Source of the DNA: the human T2T-CHM13v2.0 reference genome, Homo sapiens
DNA: 64,000 nt
Direction: 5' to 3' (one strand)
Assembly (NCBI RefSeq): GCF_009914755.1
Contig: NC_060925.1
The notes below the pieces were generated by a model. The model was not told the DNA's origin and did not search any database. It was given only the letters and a program-made list of their open reading frames with translations. A program made the translations under genes and the position numbers. Shown piece by piece: positions 56,393 through 64,000 of this stretch. Positions within the stretch are counted from its first letter, which is position 1; each line of letters starts with the position of its first letter.

Positions 56393-57108
56393 GAAAAACA
56401 TTGATCGCCTCCTGCGTGGCAGTCCAGAAGGGTCAAGCGCTGTTTTCGGGGTGGCGTGGAATGGATTCCTAAGATTTGGGCGCCCATAGAGTTAACGCAG
56501 CAAAACGATCACTTGCGTTTCCTGCGGACTGGCGGCAATAGAACACGTGGCTGCCTAGACTCTTAATCACTGATATCTACCACACCAGGATTTAATGCCA
56601 GTTGGGAGGAAATGGCGAAAGGGCAGGCGCTGGAGCCCATGCATCCGGGAACACTGGTGGTAGGCGGTCGGGTGGGCGTGAGCGGGCTCTCCATCTCCCA
56701 GCCCAGTCTGCAGGTCGCCACCTCAGGATTTTCTTCCTGAGTCCGGGTGGCAGGATTCCATCCCAGGTCAGCCCCTCACACCCCCTGGTAGTTGCCACCT
56801 CCTGGCGTCCCTCCAACAGCTCCAGCACCTTTCTCATCCCGCCCCCGCCGCAAGCCACGCCCTCCGCCGCGCAGGCCCCGCCCGCGACCGGCCTCCCTCC
56901 TTTCCTGTCCCAGGACGCGTTGCGCGGCCCGGGCCGGAAGTAAGCGAATTCCCGGGTGTGTGTCTGTGTCTGTCTGTGTCTCGCAGCGGCGCGCGGCCCC
57001 GGACAAGCGCTGGGGATTCCCGTTTGAGGCGTCACTACTGTCACTGCCATCACCCCACGGAGCCACTTCTAGAGGGGAGTAGACCCGGCCCTTCGCCGGG
57101 CAGAGAAG

Positions 57109-57188
57109 ATGTTGCCCCTGTCCATCAAAGACGATGAATACAAACCACCCAAGTTCAATTTGTTCGGCAAGATCTCGGGCTGGTTTAG
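57109..57188 (+). CDS. SLC30A7: SLC30A7 (ZnT7, Golgi zinc transporter, CDF family) coding exon 1
   Basis: aagATGt; MLPLSIKDDEYKPPKFNLFGKISGWF(R) is the ZnT7 N-terminus; donor TTAG|gtgcgg. Confidence 0.96.
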
Positions 57189-57415
57189 GTGCGGGGTGCT
57201 GTGTTTGCGGGGAGGGGGTGTCCGGCAGAAAGGGAGAAGGCCCAGACCTCAGGATGGCCCGAGGTCCAGTGAGGGAGAGTCAAAAACTCCCCGTCAACCC
57301 CTAGCTGTGAAGAAAGGAGCATGTGAACTGGGAGGGTCTTGAAGAGGGTACCCAGCCTCGGGGTCCCGGCACCTCCTTAACTCTCCCGGCTCTTTTCCAC
57401 GTGTATCATTCCCAG

Positions 57416-57517
57416 GTCTATACTGTCCGACAAGACTTCCCGGAACCTGTTTTTCTTCCTGTGCCTGAACCTCTCTTTCGCTTTTGTGGAACTACTCTAC
57501 GGCATCTGGAGCAACTG
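57416..57517 (+). CDS. SLC30A7: SLC30A7 coding exon 2 (TM1)
   Basis: cccag|GTCT...AACTG|gtaacc; 102 nt; (R)SILSDKTSRNLFFFLCLNLSFAFVELLYGIWSN(C). The gene continues beyond the window. Confidence 0.96.
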
Positions 57518-58908
57518 GTAACCAAAGGGGAAAATGGTTTGGGCGGAAGCTGGGTGTGAGGGAGACGAAGCACTGTTTGCTTAATGCCACGTAGCTCCTC
57601 ACTAGGAGGTTCAGGTCCTACCTTTGTTACCTACCTCTGCTGCTGAGTTGCTTTCTCATACCCACACCAATCTGGTAGGGCTACAGTTCTTGAGTAAGAT
57701 CTGGGCCTATCCTGTGCAACCTCTCTTGTCACGCTCCCCTCCAGTTCCATCAGACAAGACTGACAAGCCCCTCCTTATTTTAGCAGATGGGCAGAATCTT
57801 TCATTTCTAATTGTAGGCCTTAGGTTTACCCACTTTGTTGGAATTGGGAGAAACTTGTTTGCTGCCTCTCTCGGGGGGGAGTGGCATTTGGATTTCACCC
57901 TTAAGATTCTGAGAGAGTATATCTGAGATGTTCTACTTAGTTTGTTATTGGGGCTTGGAATGGGAGGTTTTATAAAGTGATATCGGGAGGAATATGTGTC
58001 ATTCTCTTCTCTCTTTAATGCCGAAACTGTCTCATGATTTTCCTGTAGTCTTAACTGCGATGTAAAAATCCCATATAGTTTCTAGAAACAACATTTCTTG
58101 GGTTTTGGTGGCACCTTTGAGGGTTTTTGTTTTTTTTGAAACATCCTTAGGAGGAGGAAAATCTAGTGTGTAACTCTGTGGCAGTGAAGTTACTATTATT
58201 CAGGTATTTGCTGTTGAGTAACTTAAGGTCTTATGAAGTTGTTCTGCTAACAAGACTGTCACACTCCTAGGTGTACTAATTCTGTCTTTAGATCCCATAC
58301 TCCTTCAAAAATCTGATGAAAGCCAATACTCAGAATTGTACATAAAGCTTCAGGATGTTGTTGGGTTCCCTGTACTAAATCTTGGACTCTAGATTAAGAA
58401 CCTGTTTTCTATTTATTAAATAGACTTAGTCTCTGTTGTTTAAGACCCATTTTCAGAGAAAATCGCTGTCCTTGATCTTCTGTTGAGATCAAACATTGAC
58501 AGGTAATATCACCAGGTTTTGTGACATGTATACTTTTATATAATGCTTGGGCTTCTTTCAATTCAACCGTCAATTCAGTTCTATAAAAAATACTCAATAA
58601 CCAGCAGATTATGAAGGTTATTGGTTTAGTCAACAGTTGGGTATAAAGGCATATTGGCACAATGAAATCTTAATATATGTAATAACCATTTTGAATCCTT
58701 TGGGAATCAGATGTGTTAATTTGAAGGATACCCCATCATAGATTAATTTTTTAATCCCATAGTATTAACACACTTTAATATACTGTAGATGTTGAAAGCA
58801 CTTGTACTTGAATAATCATACTTTATCATAAATATATAATATTTACAGTATATTTTACATTTTTCTCTTCCTAAATTATGCCAAATTAATTTTGGGATAT
58901 GTGCTGAT

Positions 58909-59022
58909 TGTATCAGGAGTGTATCATAGCTTATATATGCATATTTTGTATCAAGAGTGTATCATAGCTTGTATATGCATATTTTGTATCAAGAGTGTAT
59001 CATAGCTTATATATGCATATTT
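58909..59022. repeat. Minisatellite, 3 x 38 bp
   Basis: TGTATCARGAGTGTATCATAGCTTRTATATGCATATTT starting at 58909, 58947 and 58985. Confidence 0.97.
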
Positions 59023-60399
59023 TGCTACAGATAGTTTCTATTGCAGTGTTTCACTATGGCTTTCCATTACATAAGTCACTCTGTGAAATATCTCATTCAA
59101 GAGATTCACACTTGAAGTTCCTAAACCACCTTTCATGGAAAGTTAAGTATATAGTAACTCTTTTGATCTGTAGAGATCTGTTGGGGAGATTACCAGAACC
59201 ATTATTTTTTAAGTCAGTATGCATCAGTGCATAACAAAAACATTAGTTGTAGTCGACTTGTTCTTTTACCCTTAGGGGACTTGCTTTTCTTTACTAGTGC
59301 AGCTTATATACTGTTTTTCATTGTGTTATGTCTTCTAGCTAGATTTGAAATCTAGCTCCAGTGCATGTTGTACTTAGTTCATTTAGCACGTATCCGTCAT
59401 CTCATGCCTATTTATGTTAATCTCCAGATCTACAACCAATTATTCTTAAATATTAATTTTTAATACAGATCTCTTGTCATTGATATTTGGGCAGATTTAG
59501 GCATTTCTCTGGCCTTTTAATAATCTGGCTTTCTGTGTTTTATTTAGACACCAAAATTTTTAGTTCCTTTTGTTGACTGATCAATAATTTCTTTATATGA
59601 CCAGAAGATTATCTGTGTTCCTGTAGGTTATATTAGCTTTTCAGTTCCTTGATTAAATTTCTTCCAAAACTCATTTTGTGTATTAGTCAATTCCTTGTTG
59701 AATTTCATTCTGTAAAAATAAATTTCAACTTGTTGAGAACATGAAATAACCAAGAATTTTTTTCCTATAGAGGACTGAAACGTGAATAAAACACTCACTT
59801 CACAAATAAAGGTTCATAGAAGCAGTTGATCTAATTTTAACAAATGTTAAATTGTTCTGGTTCTTTTTCAGAGCCTTCATTTTAAAGGAAGAACTTAATT
59901 ATAGTTGATTTATATTTTAGATGATGAGTAGGTCTCTTCAGTGGAACAATAGGTAGTTGTTGTGTGTTTTTCCCCTCAATAAATATCTGCTACCTTTCAC
60001 CTTCCCACTAGAACGTAAACTGTATTAATGTAGGGATCTTTTCTATCTTATGCAGGCACTTCAGTACATAGCACATAGTGGATGCTTAATACATATTTGC
60101 TAAATGAAAGAATGAGGGAATAATTAATGTATGGAATTACACTACCTATACTAAAAATGGTAACTACCCCGTTAAGGAAAAACAGCAATGACAAAACATT
60201 AAATTCCATTCTCTCACTCTTAGAAATTGGGAGGAAAATGGTAGAAATTCTATGTGATTTTTCCCTTCCTTCTAGTATTTTATTTTTCATTTACTAATTT
60301 ATTGTTGAGTAACTGACTAATCTCAAGGTAACATAGTGTAACAATGTGGTTTTGTATCATCTACGGTTAAGTTTGTTTTCAAGTTACAGAAAAACTCTG

Positions 60400-60545
60400 C
60401 ACACCTGTAATCTCAGCTACATGGAGGCTGAGACACCAGCATCCCTTGAACCTGGGAGGCAGAGGTTGCAGTGAGCCGAGATTGAGCCACCGCCCCACAG
60501 CCTGGGCAACAGAGTAATACTCTGTTTCAAAACAAAACAAAAACC
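60400..60545 (+). mobile_element. 5'-truncated Alu right arm
   Basis: 'cctgtaatctcagctac..ggaggcagaggttgcagtgagccgagatt..' plus (CAAAA)n tail. Confidence 0.88.
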
Positions 60546-61734
60546 TAAAATAATGGTTGCTTACACAAGATAAAACTTCATTTCCAAGATGGGTGCTAGT
60601 GTTTCAGTCATCCCTGGCAGCATAATGTCTGGAATGCAGATAAAAAGAGGTAAAAGGTGTGCACATTTTTTTTTTTTTTAAGATTTACCTGGATGCTAAC
60701 ACACAATGCTTTCACTAAAATTTTATCACATGGTCATGCCTAGTTGCAAATGTAGTCTTTATTCCACTCAGCCATGTATTCTGCGGAAAGTCAAGGATTT
60801 TTTACTAAGGAAGAAAGAGAATATGTGGATAGTGTAGGTTTTGGAAGTGGGACTTGAGAGAGAGAGAGAGAGAGACAAACTAACCTGTCATCTTCTATAG
60901 TTGGAAAATTGAGGCCTAGAGTTTTTTACTTCCCAAGTGAGCAGCAGAGCCTACAGCACCTATTGTCCAAGTTTGATGTCCAAAAAACATCACACTGGTT
61001 TTTTCTAGTATCTCAATATAGTTTCTGTGTTTTTATGTTCTTACATTTTTACTTCATTTTTAACAGATTTAATTTCAGTAGTATTTCTTACCAAAGCTGT
61101 TGCAACCATTTTTCCCTTAGACATAGAAGACACTCAGGTAACTCTAAAGGTTAATGTCTTTGTGTTAACAAAGTAAATATTTGTTGAAGAAATGTTTAAG
61201 ACAATACCAGACATTTATTTGGTTCTACTTCAGTGTGATATTTCACAGCAGATGTTTGTAAAGTAATTCCTTAGTGAAGAAAAATACTTCTATCAATCAC
61301 ATGTTTTTCTATTAAAATTTTCATATATCTTAGTCTTTTAAAATCAACTTTTTCCTTCTCAAAAGGCAGCATTACTTACCAGCTTATGGTGATGGCTTTT
61401 GCTTTCCTATAATTTTATTTCCCACCTTAAAAACATAGATAAATATTCCATTTTGCTTAGAATTTTTTTTAAAGTAAGGGACTATATAATGGAATGTAGT
61501 GGAGTTCTGGGTTATTTCACTGTAACTCATTTAGTTTATTGACTTTGCTAATGTCAGGATTCTAAGAATTTTCTAATTTCCTGATAATAAATTGACAGTG
61601 TTTTTCCCTGACTTTCCACATCATGGAAAGTACCTGGTAAGGGATTTCTGAATTATGATGATTCCTTATTTTCAATTTTGAACACGTTTAACAAACAATA
61701 TAAATATACCGTTAGCTTAGTTACCAATAGACCT

Positions 61735-62230
61735 TTTAAACAATTTTTTATCACTGGGTATTTTAAACATATGTAAAAGTAGAGCATTTAATGGACCTCA
61801 TGTACCCATCACTGAGCCTTAACATTTATCAATACATGGTCTATCTTATTTCATCTGTTGTCCCTGTCCCACCATTGGATTGTTTTAAAGCAGACACAAG
61901 ATGTAATTTCTTCCATAACTATTTCATTATGCTTCTCTAAAAGATAAAATCCACCCCCCCTTAACATAACCCAAAACCATTATCACCCATGAAAATTAAT
62001 GACTCATTAATATCCAGCTAACGAGTATTCAGGAGTCCCTCATTGTCTCATAAATTCTTTTTACATTTGGTTTTACAGATTAGAAATCAAACAAGATCCA
62101 TACATAGTATTTAGCTTATATGTCTCTTAAGTTGCTCTTAATTTATAGGTTCTCTTTCTCCCTTCCTTTGTTTTTGCCTCCAATAGACCCTAAATAAAAT
62201 TCTTTTCAAAAGTTTCTTTTGCCATATATT
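61735..62230 (-). mobile_element. Old L1MC/ME 3' fragment
   Basis: 'ttttaaacatatgtaaaagtagag..atgtacccatcac', 'cattatcacc..aaaattaa', 'tatgtctcttaagt'. Confidence 0.6.
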
Positions 62231-62299
62231 CTATTGACATTTGTGCTGTTTTTGCTTCTGTATTTATGTATTCAGGTTTCTCCTTTATACACGTAGAAG

Positions 62300-62589
62300 T
62301 TTTCTTTTTCTTTTTTTTAAGACGGAGTCTTACTGTGTTGCCCAAGCTGGAATGCAGTGGCGCGATCTTGGCTTACTGCAACCTCTGCCCCCTGAGTTCA
62401 AGCAATCCTCCTGCCTCAGCCTCCCAAGTAGCTGGGAGTACAGCCACGCCTGGCTAATTTTTGTATTTTTAGTAGATGGGAGTTTCTCTATGTTGACCAG
62501 GCTGGTCTTGAACTTCTGACCTCAGGTGATCCACCCACCTCAGCCTCCGGAAGTGCTGGGATTATAGGCACGAGCCACTGCACCCGGCT
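62300..62589 (-). mobile_element. AluS
   Basis: 'gacggagtcttactgtgttgccc..ctgcaacctctgcc..ctgacctcaggtgatccaccc'. Confidence 0.9.
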
Positions 62590-63320
62590 GGTTTTCCATG
62601 TTAAAATGTCTTTAGAAGGTAGTCATTTAAAAGAGTTTACAAATACATTTTAGAGAAACTAGCAGTGCTTAAAGAGGAGTCTACGACAAGTAAGTGGATT
62701 TTCACAACCAGCTTTACTTTATCATGGTTTACTGAAGTTACCTTTGGTGTTTCAGTCATGTAACCTTAGGTATTCTCTATGCTACCTTTATTTTTTAAGG
62801 AAATTTATGCCATATAGTTTAAATATAATTCATAATCAGAAACATTTGCTAAGATTGAATATGAGCAGTAAAATTGACCTTCCTCATAAGCAATATTTTT
62901 ACATGTGATAGGTCAGCAGAGAGCTAAAAGTAGACTGTTTTTCCCATGAGTTTGTGTATTTGCAGCTAGGTAATTTTTAAATCATGATATCAAGTTTAAG
63001 GGAAAAGATCTCATATTGCAGTGTTTTAAGAGAACATAATGTTCTTCCATCTCAGAAGAGGGAGTAGTTTTTCAGGTAGTCACATTTTATTAAGTACTAA
63101 AAATAACATTTTAATGCTAATTAAATTTACTTAAAATTTAAATAAAATTTCATTTTGATGAGTATTAAAATTGCCGTGCTATATCCACACCTCTTTAAAA
63201 GGAACCTGACTGCTATTCTGTGCAAAAGGAATTTTTATTTTTATTTTTATTTTTTGCATTATGGCAATATTTGGTTTATGTTGGGTGCATATAAAGTAAA
63301 TTTGTTGAAAAAAAGGAGTG

Positions 63321-63761
63321 TGTGTTAGTTTGCTAGTCTGGTGTAATAAAACACCACAAACTAGGTGGCTTAAACCACAGAAATTTATTGTCTCACAGTT
63401 CTGGAGATTAGAAGTCAGAGATCAAAGTGTCATCAGGGTTGATTTCTTCTGAGAGCTCTGAGGAAGAATCTGTTCCATGATCTTTCTGTAGCTTCAGTTG
63501 GTTTTCTAGTAATCTTGGACAGTCTTTGGCTTGTAGGAGCATCACCTGATCTCTGCCTTATCTTCGCATTGTGATCTATGTATCTTCTTCCAAATTTCTC
63601 TTTTTTATAAGGACACTGGATGAGGGCTCACCTTAATGACCTAATATTAACTAATTATATCTGCAATGAGTCCATTTCTAATAAAGTCACGTTCTCAGGT
63701 ACTAGAGGTTAGGACTTCAACATATGAATTTGGGCGCAGGAACACAATTCAACCCATGACA
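63321..63761 (-). mobile_element. Solo MLT1C-like MaLR LTR
   Basis: 'tgtgttagtttgctag..ggtggcttaaac.acagaaatttattgtctcacagttctggag ... acacaattcaacccatgaca'. Confidence 0.85.
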
Positions 63762-64000
63762 GTGTTTTACTAAATAATAGTGAAATAGATAGTAAAATAT
63801 AGATCAATAAATCAGTAAATGTTTGTTTATATTTATTTACAATGAATGCCCTGCCTTCTAAAACTGATTACAGTAATTTAAAATAAAAGCTATATATACT
63901 AATAAAACACATTAAGAAATAAAAACATTTAGAAACCATACCTAGGGAGGAAAAAATTAATCTATTAAATATATAGTCTAATTTAGCTCCCAAAATTGAC

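Larger units (their letters stand above)
55500..57600. promoter_or_regulatory. CpG-rich bidirectional promoter of EXTL2 (-) and SLC30A7 (+)
   Basis: Sharp rise in GC and CpG. GC boxes at ~56838-56850 and ~56876-56885, ETS/GABPA CCGGAAGT at 56934-56941, ACTTCCTG at 55717-55724, E-boxes; divergent first exons. Confidence 0.9.

Noticed and set aside
56921-56927. MRE next to the SLC30A7 start
   Set aside because: TGCGCGG fails the TGCRCNC core.
55536-57082. Several 90-150 aa ORFs across the promoter
   Set aside because: These are expected from stop-codon scarcity in GC-rich DNA, with low-complexity Pro/Arg/Gly content and many non-ATG starts. Only the ATG uORFs in EXTL2 exon 1 were kept.
57189-57559. 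ORF-track extensions 57109-57342 and 57323-57559 as SLC30A7 coding sequence
   Set aside because: The true frame splices at 57188 to 57416; the rest is intron read-through or off-frame.

Overview
This is primate (most likely human) genomic DNA, not prokaryotic. It holds the complete EXTL2 gene on the - strand: non-coding exon 1 (~55479-55720), then coding exons 49599-49603, 38322-38749, 37640-37710 and 34782-35270. These splice to 993 nt (330 aa), and the poly(A) signal is at 33245-33250. SLC30A7/ZnT7 lies head-to-head on the + strand; only its first two coding exons (57109-57188, 57416-57517) are in the window. The two genes share a CpG-rich bidirectional promoter (~55500-57600) split by an Alu monomer. 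The left 33 kb is intergenic and repeat-rich: a ~6.5 kb decayed full-length L1PA7/8-like LINE-1, a nested L1M/L1PA16/Alu cluster, MaLR LTRs, hAT MITEs, L2 and MIR. EXTL2 intron 1 carries a THE1 / HERV-L / LTR8 / MLT2A2 retroviral mosaic. I found no new multi-gene system. The strongest unexplained signals are: a perfect, spacer-less 104-bp AT-rich palindrome (13970-14073); an MLT2A2 LTR with a perfect DUX4 site pointing at SLC30A7; Golgi-stress (GASE)/CLEAR and MRE motifs in the promoter shared by two Golgi genes; stop-start-coupled uORFs in the EXTL2 leader; a possible catalytically dead intronic-poly(A) EXTL2 isoform; and a 3 x 38-bp minisatellite. Repeat subfamily names come from recalled consensus sequences, not a database run, and boundaries of old repeats are approximate.
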